Assembly (NCBI RefSeq): GCF_025526975.1
Contig: NW_026515693.1
Coordinates: 248,001 to 312,000 of the forward strand
DNA: 64,000 nucleotides
Direction of reading: 5' to 3'
Source: Fimicolochytrium jonesii
Lineage: Eukaryota
Shown here: positions 1 to 13,909 of the stretch, in pieces
How the letters are laid out: every line of letters starts with the position of its first letter
How positions within the stretch are numbered: position 1 is the stretch's first letter
The notes under the pieces: model-generated
The model's input: only the letters and a program-made list of their open reading frames with translations
What the model was told of the DNA's origin: nothing
Databases searched by the model: none
Translations under genes and position numbers: made by a program

Positions 1-389
1 GGACCTTTTTGGGCGTATGAGTCGGCATTCGCAAAGTAGTCAGAGGAATGTTGGAGCCGATTCAACACTAGAATGAAATGGAGTTTTGCTCGGCAAACTG
101 GGCTTGTATATAGCGGTGCCGTTGTATAGGAGATAGGAGAACATAATAATTGTCGGATGTGCCGACCGGCTTTTGTCTGGGTGGAACACATTTGTCAAAC
201 AGACTGGAGTTCGATAGTATCGCCTCTCAGTTCCACCTCTGTTGAATCCTTCGGTCCCCTGCTTTCCTCTCGACCTTCATTCAGACGAAGGTCGGGAGAA
301 TCGTTGGTGCGCAAAACCGGAACCGATAGTAATGAGACATTGTCATGAACATGATTCAAACCCATATGTACAAATGAACGTTTTGTCCT

Positions 390-3300
390 TCAGACATCTT
401 CCGCTGGAGGCAGGAGCCCCTCCAATTCCAAAAACCTGCATTGAGGGGACGCCGATGGGACAGGAATAGTGAGTAATCATGGACACATTTCCATCTGTAC
501 GTCCGCCATCCGGGCCGGTTACTTACGCTCTTTCCATTTTCAGATACTCCTGCTCGCGCTTCTCATCATTTTCCTCCCCACCGCTCGCTGCCGTTAACGC
601 TCTTGATGCACCCGACGCCGGTCGTCCTGCCGAGGCTGGAGGGGCGGGGGCGGTGGACGATGGGGCGGGTGCGGAGGATGGGACGTCGCCGTCCGTTTTT
701 GTCCCCTTTTGCTGCGAGAGGAACGCAGCGGAGAGCATCGGTAAGCGATGAAAGGCAGGAGTAGTCTGCGCAATGAACTCACCCCTGGAGCTTCCAAAGC
801 AGATTGCTCGTAGGCAGCACGTTCACGCGCTCGGAACTCTTTTCGGCCGCGGATGTACCCGAGCCGCCGGACTTCGCGATCCAGGAAACTTCGCACAAAA
901 GTAGTCTGAGGCGTCAAGCAGGAGACAAATGGTGAGACCAGATGAACCCCACGCGCAGAAAGTCAAATAGACGAGAAGCAAGGGAAAGTACCTCATTCTT
1001 AGTCGGCTTGATGAGGTTGCGTGGAACTTCAAGAATGTGCAATGTGCCTTCATCATCTCCCGCCGCGACGAACTGATTGGATGTCAGTGATTTGCCTGTT
1101 GGCGACAACAAACAGTAAGTATCACTACGTGATTCGAGCTCTTCGCGTTGGGAGCCACTCACTCGGATATTGTCGGATGGACATATACGAGATGGCGGAT
1201 CCTGTTACATTCTGCACAAACGACGGCGAATGAGACCTGTCCAGCAGATCCCAAACCTCCACCGAGCCGTCTGTTTTGGAAATGTAGAACACGCCTGGGC
1301 GCGTAGGGCTCCACCGACCACCAACGAGGTAGGACAGAGACGGTGCAGAGGAGAGGAGAGGTCCAGTCTAGAGACGAGAATCGCTTAGCACCAGAGGTTG
1401 GAGGGTACATATGGGTAGCGCTACTCACAGTGACGCCTTCCTTCCATATGTGGAACGACCAACCGCCGACGCTCAGCAGGATATCCGGGAAGAATGGGGA
1501 GCGATGTAAGTCGGTCACCGCTGCGAAGTGGTAGTTGGCGGCATGTTCGACTCTTGACGCTATGGATGCCAATTCGTTCGGTGTGAGCCTCGCCATATCA
1601 GAGGCGGAACACCTTCACGCTGTAAGGAGGTTCTCAGCGTCCTCACCTTTGTCCTCCGTAGATTTCTCCGCATTCCAGTCCGCATATATCAAGTCCCCTT
1701 CCTCGGTCGCAGAGAAAAATTTGGAGCTGAACAGCGTCTCTTTGGCATCTTTGGCGTCCTTGCCGTCTTTGTTTTCCTTGTTGCTGCCATCGTCGGGTTT
1801 CGCTGTGTCCGTATCTGATGAGCAAATACGATTAGATCGATTGCTCGGCACATGGCGAGGAAATGAAATGGTCTCTGTCGCCAGTGCTTATGGGCAGCTT
1901 ACTTGAGGACATTTTGTCCGTAGGAGGCTTCTTGATACTGATTTTCGTCAGACTGTAGTCAAATGTATTGTCCATGGCACTCAGTGGCACCTGTGATTGG
2001 AATAGAGTATGCTTTGTCGGAGAGCCTCTGGCATTCATGGCGTACGTTAAACGACTTACCCGCAAGAAAGGCCTCCAAACCAGATCCAATGATTTGAGGT
2101 CCTTCTTGAATCGTGTGTCCCAGAAGGCTACCTGCCCATCGGTGGAGCTCGTCACCAACTCTCGATGCCCATTCTCGCCCTTTTCCACCATTTCGCCAGT
2201 ATGCCCGAGCTGTTCGACCGAGACGGAGTGTTCAACATTAGTCCCTCACTTGATGCGTTTCCAACATCCGGACAACTCTCACCTCCACATTCTTTGGTAG
2301 CCACTGAATGTCCGTCACTATCCCTCGATGGCTAAACTCAATACTCGATACCGCCACACATTGCACGACGGGCGGACCCGTCGCCTTATCCTTATCCTCC
2401 CCACCGACTCCATCGAACAACGGATCTGTTCCGGAAGTAGACGTTTGCCCCTGAGCCACATCTTCGCGGGACGACTTGCGAGTGTTCTTGAGCTTGTCTT
2501 GATACTCGGTAATATCCCAGAGGATGACCTGTCCATTGATGCAACCGCCTACAATGAGATTGCTGTCATGTGGGTTAAATTGGAAACACTGGATGTCGTC
2601 CGGGGCTTCGAGGATGAGCTGGATTTGGAGTGCGTCAGGCGTCAATGTTTAAAAATGCACAAAGCACGACCTGTCATACCTGCGGATGGATTGGGTCGTT
2701 GAAGCTCCACACCAGAATGAGAGCTTTTCTTGACCGCTGGAACAAGCCCCGCTCAACACGCTCAGCGAACGCAAGTCTCTCCGCGCAAGACACGGCAACC
2801 ACGCCTTCATAAAACGAAGTGTTTTGATGTTAGCTGCCCGACCTCCAAAGGCGGTCCCAAGCCAATCCATGCTCTCACCCTTAATATGCGGATGCCAATC
2901 AACACCAGAGATGCATTTGTCTTTGCTATGCTGCAAATCTGTAAACGATTGATATTCTTGTAATGACGAATGAGCCCCTTGCTCCAACGCGACGTCCGCT
3001 TCGCCGAGGTTCTGGTAGTCATCTTCGAAGATGTCCAAGGTGCTGTTCTGCTGCAGGGCTTTTTCGAATCTGGCGAGAGATGATCAGCCCGGAATCCCGC
3101 GGTGACGCGAGAATTGCAGAACTTAATACCTAAGAGTGACATGATTCAAGAACTCCTCGACATCGGTCGAAGACATGAGCTGCTCTTGCTGTTCGCGCGA
3201 CATCACAGCAGGCTGGTACTGCACTGCAAAGTTCTGTGGGCGGGACCATGGCGTCTGGACCGCATTTTCAATCAATTGCGGGACTGCCTTCATAAAGCAA

Positions 3301-4519
3301 TTGAGATGGTTATTAGCATAGAGTCGTCTCGTGGTAGTTATAACCACCTAGCCCACCTGCACAGCCGTTGATAGCTCCATCCGTGAAATATCGTACGTTG
3401 GGTCTTTGAAAGGTTTACATTCCGAGAATCCATCCTGTGCATCCCGATCTCTAAATTTGCAAGGCGCTCCAAAGAGTCGACGCCGACGTGATACTTTGAT
3501 TTGCAGCTAGGCAGTAATACCAAGCAAGTGAGCAACTACGGTGAGCTGTGCATTCGACCGGACGAGATGTTGCTCAAGGGGCGCATACCAGATCTCTGTT
3601 GTTGACGACCCTCTCCGCGTCAATCTCCTTCTCGCTTCCATATGACTCCCACTTCTTGGACACGACCTTTTTCACCGTTGGTGCATTCGAAACGACCTCC
3701 ACTGCTGCTGCTGATTCCACTACTGGTGGCTGCGAACACACAAATGATGAGTGAGGGTCCAGTGTCAGTAACGTTAAAGCGCCAGCCTCACGTTGATGAT
3801 AAGATCCATCGCCGCCGGGGTAATGCAAATGTAGTAGTTCTGTCCCCATTTAAAGTTGGCATCATGATGCACCAAGATTGCCTCGCCTGGAAAGTCCTTT
3901 CGTCAAAATCAGCAACAGGGCATGTGATCGAGTCAGATCTTCGCAGCATCTGTACACACACCAGGATCGCCTGCTTCGCCGGAAAGAAATCGGAAATAGC
4001 AGCACGTGCTTGCAAATCGCTCATGATGTCCGCTTTCGGAACCAGCTTGAAAGGCCTGGCCGGCGTCACATCCTCCCCGGGCTTCACTTTGAAAAGATCC
4101 TGCGTGTTGCCTGTCAGAAACAGCGGCATGATTCCGGCCGGCATCTCGCCTTCCGCAGTCTCCTCCACCGTCGCATGAAGCTCATCCTGCTGCCCTGGGG
4201 CTGCTGGCGTAGGGGTTTCGGTGGCGGGAGGTGCTATGGTCGTGCTTCCCTTAACAGATCCCCTGCTTTTAGCTTTCGCGCTTCCGGAAAGCTTGGCGAT
4301 GGATGTTGTACTTTTCAATGAAGCTTTCGAGGCTGCACGGGATGATGAAGATTTTGAGAGCGCTGCCCGCGAGGCTGTTCGGGATGACGCTTTGCTGGGT
4401 GAAGTCGCCGGTTTGCTGGTTGGAGGTGCTGGTGTAGGCGCCGGCGCAGCTTCGATCGGTGGGGCTGCGGCTTCCGCTGCTAGCTCGGCCGGCGGCGCGG
4501 CGGGCTCCGCATCTGCCAT
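390..4519 (-). CDS. WDR63: WD40 axonemal inner-arm dynein intermediate chain (WDR63/DNAI3, IC140-like), multi-exon
   Basis: Exon peptides MPLFLTGNTQDLF, QTPWSRPQNFAVQY, LQEYQSFTDLQHSKDKCISGVDWHP, FQFNPHDSNLIVGGCINGQVILWD, RSPFFPDILLSVGGWSFHIWKEG, GDDEGTLHILEVP; GT-AG introns; last exon FLELEGLLPPAEDV-TGA ends at 390. Confidence 0.85.
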
Positions 4520-4856
4520 ATCGTTATCTATATTCCTTAATATAAAGTGAAAAGGCTGATGAAACGAAGTATTCGTTCGGGTATGGCGCTTGTCCAGCAG
4601 TGTCCCTTTGCCGTTCTCACGCGTCGGAACCCAAGTGACAAAGGGAAACCGGGCGAGTGAGACCCAGAACGCGTCTTTCGTGCTTACGTCAGCGAATCGG
4701 AAACGTCGTCCGCTGCCTTTTCACTACTTCTTGTTTTTGCCCTCCTAACGGGATCGTCGGTGGCCGCAGGCAAACTTACGTCTCTGCAAGAGCAAAGCTC
4801 GGCACGACAGCATCCGCCGAATCGAATTCGAACTTTCTGGAACAGGCGCATGAAAA

Positions 4857-7234
4857 ATGGAGGTAGTCTACGTGTATCAAAAGAAGCGGAAGGACTTCGG
4901 TCGCCAGCCGACCTTCAGCGATCGGCTGGCAAACCTCGGAACGGATATACAGCCGGACCCGACGTATATGCGAAACTATGTAGAGCGGAACTTATGTCAA
5001 GCGGAGATACAGAGTGTGCCAGAGAAATCAGAGCATGAGGTGTGGCATGACATCAAAGTAAAAACACAGTTGGGCTTTCCTAATTTCTTCTTTGGGGCGT
5101 ACCATGACAGGTGAATACCGAGAGCTTTGTGTTGTCGAATCGGGGTATTTTGCACGTGCAAGGAGGATGGCCCAAGGATGTAGATGCGACGGATGTGGAG
5201 CATACAATACGTTATAGAAAGAAGGTTGAAAAGGACGACGAGTACATCCGATCGGTGCAAAATCTAGGCAATGTAAGGAGACGAGACAGAAACTCTTGAT
5301 GAACATTGGAAGCCGCCGTGATGAGCCGAATGTGCTGATCTTTAGGTGCTTGCCAAATCTCTAGGCAATGGAGCATTGCATTAAACAAAATAACGCCATC
5401 GACATCTACGAAGAGTACTTTGCTGACGAGCCAGACACGATATCCGTTGACACACCATCCGCCAAATCTTTGAATGTTTACCGGTAAGCGTGCATGTGAG
5501 AGCAACTCTCGGAGAGACTCGCCTCACACTTTGATGCTCTCTTAGGGACCCCAACCGGATAAAACGAGCGGCGACATATGTCTCGTGGTATCCCGACGAG
5601 GGCCACAAAATCGCCGTTGCGTATTCAATGCTACAGTTTCAATCCATGCCCGCCAACATGTCATACGATTCCTACATCTGGGACGTCGAGAACCCAAATA
5701 CACCTGAGCAAACCCTCACGCCTCCATCACCACTCGTCAGTTTAAAATATAACCCGAAGGACCCACACGTGCTTGTTGGCGGGTCTTACAATGGGTTGAT
5801 CTGTCAGTATCCTCATATTGAGGCATTCGGTGGACATCTGTGACGAGAAGGGAACTGACACAAGTATCGACTTTAGCGTATTGGGACACGAGGAAAGGAG
5901 CGTTCCCGGTCGACACATCCGCGGTAGACAAGAGTCATCGAGACCCTGTTTACAATCTGTCGTGGGTGCAATCCAAGTCAGGTGCGTTCCTAATCACCAA
6001 GAGTTCCGGGGATACGGAGTGAGACCCTTACACTGGAACTTGCATGCAGGATCGGAGCTGTTCTCTGTATCATCCGATGGACAAGTATTGTGGTGGGATA
6101 TCCGGAAAATGGCGGAGCCAACAGAAAGCATGCTGTTGGACCCGGAAAAGAACGGACAGGTGGTCGGAGGAACTGTCATTGACTACGAAACAACAATGGT
6201 GAGTGACGGCGCCGACCACGGAAGGAACTTGCTGCGAGTACTGGAAGCTGACCAACCAGAAATAGCCCACAAAATACATGATCGGAGGAGAAAACGGCGC
6301 CGTGTTCATGTGTAACAAGAAGGCGAAAAATCCGTCCGAGAAGATCACTCACATATACCCCGGACATCACGGTCCCGTCATGGCACTCCAGGTATGCGTG
6401 AAATCGACGAAGCTCTGGTTGGTCTTACTTTGAGTATTGATTTATGCTTATCAACTATGGCATCTGTACAATAGCGAAACCCATTTTTCCTCAAAAACTT
6501 CCTCACGGCTGGCGATTGGAAAGCGCAGATATGGGCGGAAGATATCAGGTCGCCAATTATGTCCACCCGCTATGCATCATCGTATCTTACCGACGCGTGC
6601 TGGAGTCCAACGCGGCCGTCCGTATTCTTCACGTCCAAATTGGACGGCACTGTCGATGTGTGGGACTTCCTATTCAAGCAGAGTGACCCAACGCTAACTG
6701 TGCAGGTGCGATTCTTGCCTGTTGTCCCATGTGGGAGTTCCGATATTGACTAATATCTGGAAATCGTGTCCGTTCGTTGCATATAGGTTGGGACTTCGCC
6801 GATTCACTCCATCAAAGCACAAGAGCATGGCAGGCACATCGCAACGACGGCTAGGGATGGATCTACAACGATCCTGGAATTATCGGACGGACTATCCCGT
6901 TTGCAGAACAACGAGAAGACGATATTCTCACAGGTACGTCATGAAGGATTTTCGCTCTCGCTCAACTATCTTTACTGATACATCCATCACCGATCCACCC
7001 ACATACTAACAGATGTTGGAGCGAGAAGCCAAACGAGAAAAAACTTTGGAGGCTGCGGCGCGTGAGAAGCGTCTCAAGGCAGCACAAAAGCGACCCAACT
7101 CGGCGGCGGTCAGACCACTGGGAGAGGCTCTGGACGAGATCTTCAAGCAGACGGAGGACGACTTTTTCTCGCTGGTAGATGACGGCAGTGGGACGGCGCG
7201 GGAAAGGGCTGTAGCGAGAGAAAGGGAGGAGTAG
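4857..7234 (+). CDS. DNAI2: Axonemal outer-arm dynein intermediate chain 2 (DNAI2/IC2), multi-exon
   Basis: [88 protein letters not shown] are characteristic of DNAI2. Confidence 0.92.
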
Positions 7235-7448
7235 CGGAGTCATGATCTCAATAACCGCAAATAAGCACTGCGTTCTACGTGATAACAAATCGTTGAGGTA
7301 GTCAGCTCCGCGCGCCTCGAACGCTCGACACCACCGATTGACATTTATTCTCGCCAAAGCGGTATCTGATCTTCATCAGAACAAACGCGCAGACGCGAAG
7401 GTTACTCTGTGCTTGTATAATGAGGATGCCACATCACAGACGCCACCC

Positions 7449-10400
7449 CTATCTATACGTCGATCTCATAATCTGTAATTGAGTGAAATCCTCATCATCG
7501 TCATCATCGTCTTGGTCCCTGTCCAGTTTCTGCATAAAACCTATACGCTTGGCCATTCGTGCCGCCTAAAAACAAGACAAAGTGAGCAACAACACCCTTA
7601 TACTCATATGAGACTAACGGACAAGCGTACCTCTTCTTCGACAGCCCGCAGATCTACCTCCTGATGTGCGACTGTGTTGTTCAGCACATCGTCAATCTCG
7701 CCCTGCATCTGCTCCGTCGTCTCCGCAGGCTCATTGACGCCCGTGTCGGCGGTGTTCGCACGATCTCCATCACCTGGAGTGGCGTGGTATGCCAAGTTGA
7801 TCAGGTCCTCGGACATGATCGCTTGCGGGGTCCAGCCGTTCTGGTAGCATGCGTACAAGGAGATGAAGGATGCAATCATGGCGAGACGGTCGAGTGTGAC
7901 TGCGTCCTTGCCGCAGTCTCGCTCCGCGAACATGTAGCGCTCCTTTTTGAGCTTCCCAGGGGCTCCGGGAAGAACTTGCCCCAGAGCTTCGTCAAAGCTG
8001 TCGTAGCTGAGAGTGCCTTGATTTTGATGGTCGCTTTGTTTGAACACAAGTCGATACTGTACATGGATGAGAGAGATTTGTCCGTGGCTTTTCATTGAGC
8101 TAAGGATGGCATGCGAGATACGTACAAACTTCTGATTTGGCTCAATTCCTGCTCTTAGCATATGCAGCAGATGCTCCCATATTGTCTCAAATGTGAATTT
8201 GTTTTTGCTGAATGCGACCAGCTCAAGCTCCATCTGATCGTATATCTCTTTCTGCACCGACAGGTTTTGTTAGCGCTTGCCTCGTCCGCGGATGGTCGGG
8301 TTCAATCAAAGCCCTTACCGGCCTGCTAGGATAAAGGACTTGGACCACCCTTCTATATGTTGGCGCGTCCATCAGCTCAAACGTGGCGAAGAACTTTCTC
8401 GCAATATGTATGTACTTCCACATCACATCCTCTTCACCGGCTAAATGACGAACAAATATCGCGACAGCCTAAAGGATGAGCAAGTCAATGAAGTGATTCC
8501 AGTCTCCCGGATGGGGACCATACGGCGAGGCTTACAGATGATGAAGTCTCCAAGTTCTGCAGCGAAGTCAAGAAGTCGTGGATGGCTTTCCGTGCAATGT
8601 CCTTGATCTGGTACCGATCGCTCATCACATCAAAAACGAAGTCCTATGGTCAACTCACGATCAGTTTGAGAGCTTTCACCATCGCAGATGACGAAGAGTC
8701 TCACCGAGAACTTAGCCAGCCTCTGCTCGCTCAGTGCACCGCTCTCATCGAACTCTTCCTCGGCGTTCCATTTCAGCTCCGACAGGTCAAGCATCAGCCC
8801 TTGAAGTTTAGGCTCTGTCATAACTCTTGTAGCTGCGGGCCTTGGGCCGGGGAAGCGCTCGTAGAACTGCTTCCAGATCTTCTTGAAAATGGCTGATGTC
8901 TATGAACGTAAAGGTGTTGATCAGCTTTCCTGAGGTTTGGGAGGATTGAGGGTGAAGGACCCGTACCTCCTCCAACTCATCCTCGGTCAAAACAACAGCC
9001 TCTTCCCAAAGCGCAGATGATAGATCGGCCTCGAACGCTTCACGAGAAAACGTTGTTCGCAGACGGAATTGCGGGTGGGTGAAACGGATGTGGGTCACAT
9101 GTGGTGGTAACTTGATATCCTTGCTGTGTAATGTTTTGTGCGGACAAACTATCGTCTACGATGGGGTTAAGTGGTTGAAGGTAAGCATTGGATCCGTGGC
9201 CGCAATCGAGATCGGGATGCAGCGTAGACGTAGCATACCCGATCCGAACATTTGCTGCAATACTGCATAGTCTTGCATGGCGTGAATGTGTTTCCTTTGT
9301 CTTCCGAGAACTGCAACTATAAAACACCAACCGTTTCAGCTGTTCCAGTCCCATCTCGTTCACTGTACCATCTGCCTTACCGCAAAAGCAAATTTCCGCA
9401 ATGCATCATCCGCTGTCCGCTGCACCAGGTTCATATCATTATCCCCGCCGTATGATTGCAGCATGGTCCGAAGTCCCTGTATATGCTTCCCAAGGACGTG
9501 CTGCTCCTCCAGAAGATCGGCCACTCGCTTGCGAAACCCGGCGACAATCTCGTTCAGCTGCCAAATTGAGACTTGCAGTCAACACCTTCCTTCGCGAGTG
9601 GTGTGACGCATACACATCAGAGCACCTCAAGCCTATAAGACTGATCCCTCTCCTCAACGCCGGTTGTGATCCCTGCCAGAATCTCTTGCTTTTTGCGCAG
9701 CTGCGTCAAGGCAAGCTCGTAATCGTCCAGTTGCCAATTGAGAATGTCCGCGAACTGTTCCTGAAGACGTCGAGCCTGCCATATATCGTATTCGACCATT
9801 CCCTGTTGAAGATGTGTCAGTGCTTTGACAAGCCGCTGCACAGTAGCATCGGGACTAACCAGTGGGTCGATGACGAGCTGTTGCGTCGTGGAATTGATAT
9901 GCTCTTCAAGCTTGTCCTCTGTAAGTCCTAGTCTTGAGCTCAAGTCTCAGGCGAAGCTTTCGACCGAAGGGGAGTTTTACCTTCCACTGGTTTGTCGTAC
10001 GACGATTTGAAAACGGTCAACTTTTCGATGATCCCGTTGGCATTTCCCAACGACGCCTATCCTTCGGTGTAGAACAATCTGTAATGTTAGCCACAGAAAT
10101 GAGTTCCATTCTCACATGCGGACGCCCATACCTCAAGCCCCTCGATTCGCCGCTTCAGATTATCCTCTGCATTGATGTGAGACGCCCGCAGGTCAACTTT
10201 GTCATCCTGATGCTTCTTGATCTCCTTGTTGAGGCGGTCGATCTCGTCCAGCAGCTTCCGGCGAGCGAGCTCCCCTTGGCCAATCTCTTGCCTGAACTGT
10301 ATGAGTGAGGTCTTTCTGAAGCGGTAAAGATACTGGGAAGGATATCATGCAACTCACTTCAGCGCCAGGTTCTTTCGTTGCAACATCTGTGAATCATACT

Positions 10401-11002
10401 CCTTGAATTTCAGCTTCTGCAATAGGTCTGTAGCAGCTTCGTTTGTCTTGGACTCATCGTCAGTTCTGTTGACACGAGGGTGAGGGGCTTATGCTCCGCG
10501 ACATATATCAAGTGCATCCGGCTCGGTACCTGTCTCGCACGACTCGGTTGATCGCACAGAAGTAAGGCAGTCTCTGTAAAGCCGGTAATTGCTCTGCCGA
10601 AGTAAAGTCATTCGAGTATATCGCCTCGACGAGCTCCTCTTTTATGGTTCTAAGAATGGTCCCATACGGCCCTAGCCCTTGTATGATCTCATCGAAAATG
10701 GCAAAACATTCCGCCGTCCTCCGCTCACTAGGAACTTTTGGATGTTGTTGGAAGAGTTCTTTCAGCCGAACCTCGTATTTCAAAACTAAGATCATGGCAT
10801 TGACAGATGAGTAGGTCAAGAAGGCACGGTCAGCCCCAAGTGCCTGCAGCTGTAATGTATTTGCACCCCAACCGTACCGGTGGATTTGCCATTTTGGCGT
10901 CTTTGCTCGGTCAGTGAGACATTGGACAGGTTGCGAGTCTCGTGCCTGTAGTCTTTGGAGATCATGGCAATTATACAGAGAACTATGGAAGGTGCTGATC
11001 AT
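7449..11002 (-). CDS. Coiled-coil protein with TSNAXIP1_N-like N-terminal region and C-terminal EF-hand-like region (probably cilia-associated), multi-exon
   Basis: ERRTAECFAIFDEIIQGLGPYGTILRTIKEEL resembles the TSNAXIP1/C6orf118 N-terminal domain; coiled-coil exons; VFKQSDHQNQGTLSYDSF is EF-hand-like; last exon AARMAKRIGF...STYR-TAG at 7449; start codon uncertain. Confidence 0.5.
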
Positions 11003-11357
11003 GTGGGGAGTGGAATCTGTCCGGAAAAGTCACAATTCTCAAAGCCGTCAATCTCAAACCGGAGGGCCACAGGAAAAAAGTTACCGCGAGGGAGAGCGGA
11101 GACGCGAAACGCGCCGGTGACAAGTGGGTGGCTGTGCAACTCCATTTGCTCCACGGATTTTCGCTTCTGGCATTTCTCCCCTCGTGCCCACGACTTGTTC
11201 TTCCAGCCAAATTCAAGGCGGAATTCGATCGGGATTCAAAGGCGCAATTCGACCAGCCAAACTCCAAAGGCGGAAACGGAAACAGCAGGACCTTTCAGTT
11301 CAGAGAAGTCTTCTCATATCGACTCCGCCTCACCTCACCACTGTCTCCTTTTCCGAC

Positions 11358-11857
11358 ATGGCGCAACCCACCACCGCCGAAATCGTCTCCTTATATCGTT
11401 CCTTTATCCGAGTTCAACACAGCTGGCCACGACAGGACGCACGCCCGGCCAGTCTGAGGAAGCACCTACTGGAACGTGTGCGCATCGAGTTCAGGGAGCC
11501 GGTGGTGGAGGGTGAGGGGCTACGGGTGCGGTACGCGCATGGGGAACAAGAGCTGAGAAGTCTGAGAAGGTTATTGAAGGGGGAGATCGACAAGGAAGTA
11601 AGTTTCGGCAAACAAAGGTTAGGGTGAAGCGGTCGAAGTTCGGGGAACATCCCAAATGGTCGATCGCTATTGCCATGGCTGCTAACGTTCTTTGTTCTTC
11701 TGCCTAGTTCCCGTTATCACCGTCTTCAACAATGCTGGACTTCCTGCCCGCGAAAAAGATGTACACGCTGCTTGATCAAGCGGCCCAGCAAGAATTGGCA
11801 GACAAAAGCAGCGTCAGCTATTTCAAGGATTATGTTGCGAGCAAGTTTGAGCGGTGA
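11358..11857 (+). CDS. Cbp6/UQCC2-like cytochrome bc1 assembly factor, 2 exons (intron about 11598-11708)
   Basis: SLYRSFIRVQHSWPRQDARP...EQELRSLRRLLKGEIDKE|FPLS matches the YRRF-WP-L-L-YP pattern of the UQCC2/Cbp6 family; spliced frame is open to TGA. Confidence 0.7.
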
Positions 11858-12130
11858 AAGACCCCCGGGAAACAGGATTGAGGCGGCTGAGGCGAATAGG
11901 TTGGGAGCGCTCGGGCCTCCCAAACGCTCGAAATTGGCGTCCGGCTGCATGTCGAGATTGTAGGGAGGGAGATACACCTAGCTTACTGGACAACGGCAAA
12001 GGTCGGAGGGGTGTATCAGGCTAAGGATTGATTAGAAACACGATTTTGGATCATATGTAGACTCCGCAGAAATGAATGTATTGCGGGGGTGCTAGCATGC
12101 ACATTCTTCGTCCTCGACTAGAAGAATTGA

Positions 12131-13143
12131 TCAGAGGGAAGATGCGATGGAGTCGTGGCAAACCATTGGGCCAATGATCTCCCTGGCTTTCTCGACGCCC
12201 TGCAGACGTTTGACGATGGCCAAGGCGAACTCAAATGCTGTTCCAGGGCCGCGACTGTATGCACGGTGACAGCGAGAGTAAGAAGGATGACGTTTCCAGT
12301 GCTTGTCCAACGGTCCGCTTTGGAGATGCTACCTGGTGATTAGATTCCCATCAACGACCACTCGATCTTCCTTGTAGCCATAGTCTGGAGACCACACGCG
12401 ATTAGGTGGGTGAGAAGGGGGTACATCACGATTATGGCATACCGGTCAGCTTCTCTTTGACGCTGGGATGAGAGGTTACGGTCTTTCCTTTGGCCACTCC
12501 AGATGCTTGCAAGGCAATAGGCGCTGTATCGATCGGCGCTGGTCACTCCTATGTGCACGACCGTTCCTCTTCTTTCTGCTCGACTAGCAGCTCAACTCAC
12601 ATGCGCATATGATCGCAACCGTCTTATTTGGGTCAGAGTGATAGCTCTCCAAGAGGTTGTGAACTTCTTTCGACTGTGAACACGGAAAGTGGATCAATGG
12701 AAAGAGTCCCCAAAGCAGATTCTTGCGGGAGACTGATGTCCTTCATATAGATACCTTGGCAAAAGCCTCAGCTCCACCCAAACCTCCGGGTAGTATAATG
12801 GCATCAAATGCATTCTGTCGTGGGATCAGCGTTCAACTGACCGGCAAACCCGTTCAGGTACGTATGTGACCGACCTTGTCTTGAAGTGCGGACAACGCGG
12901 TGTCCGGCACGATCTTGACATTTCTACTGCAGGTGACAGTTCCAGCCCCGTTCAACCCTGCAAGAGTGACCTTCACTCCGGCCCTTCGGAGGATATCCAT
13001 TGGGATAACTGCGATGACAGATGTCAAAGCTGTTGTCAGATCATCGTTGATCAGTTGCGGCGGAAGCCTGATGCGTTACCAGTCTCCATTTCCTCGTTGC
13101 CTTCGGACAGTAGGACCAAGGCGGTCTTCCCTTGCGAGCTCAT
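12131..13143 (-). CDS. PARK7: DJ-1/PARK7-type glyoxalase/deglycase, 7 exons
   Basis: Spliced: [39 protein letters not shown]...|[15 protein letters not shown]...|...VAIICA|SP...TSHP...|[32 protein letters not shown]; catalytic Glu and Cys intact. Confidence 0.93.
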
Positions 13144-13909
13144 GACGGATGAGTGTAGTCGGTATGGAGACCGGGCTAGGGTGGGGTGTGGGAGGAAGAT
13201 GAAGTGCGTTGGCAATGTGCGAAGTCGAAACATCCTTTGGAAACCTTTGGAGGAAGTTGTGAGTGTCACGCGTCAGGATAAACCTGATAAACCGCAAGTC
13301 GTCAGTGAGGACCAACTCGCGCACCTTCGCCTTTACATATACATTATGGCGAGTTATCTCCATTTATTTGGGCGGTAGTGCATATGTAGTAAGTAGTACG
13401 CCAAATGTTGTCGCAGTGAGTGAGAACCCTTAGGGGCGTTGAGGCGGCCAGACTGTCGTTTTGCGACGGTCCACGCACACCCTTCATCGAAGGTGCAGAG
13501 AGGGTGCGGGGAGTGGATGGAATCATGCGGGCGAACACGTGATGGGTTTATTTAGTTCGGGAAAGTGTTATTAGCAAAGCGAGCGAGCAGTCTGTCTTTT
13601 CCACCGCTTTCCCTCGCCCGCATAAGCCGTAGAACGCGAAATATCAACAGCATTCGATCAACACACATTCAGAGCCCAACAGCACCTTGCCTGTAACCAG
13701 CAACGTTCGCTTTACCGTCCGACGCCGGTTTGCAGTTTGAATCCTATCAGAAAATTCTTCGGCTAGTTGCGAGCATAGACCTACAGCATCCTCTCCCTTT
13801 ACATCCACGATACCCACTGTCACCGTCTCCGGTATGTAGTCAATACCACTCTCGCATTTGCCGTTGAACTTTTTGTGCCATTTCTCATAATACATGCTCA
13901 TTTAGGAAA

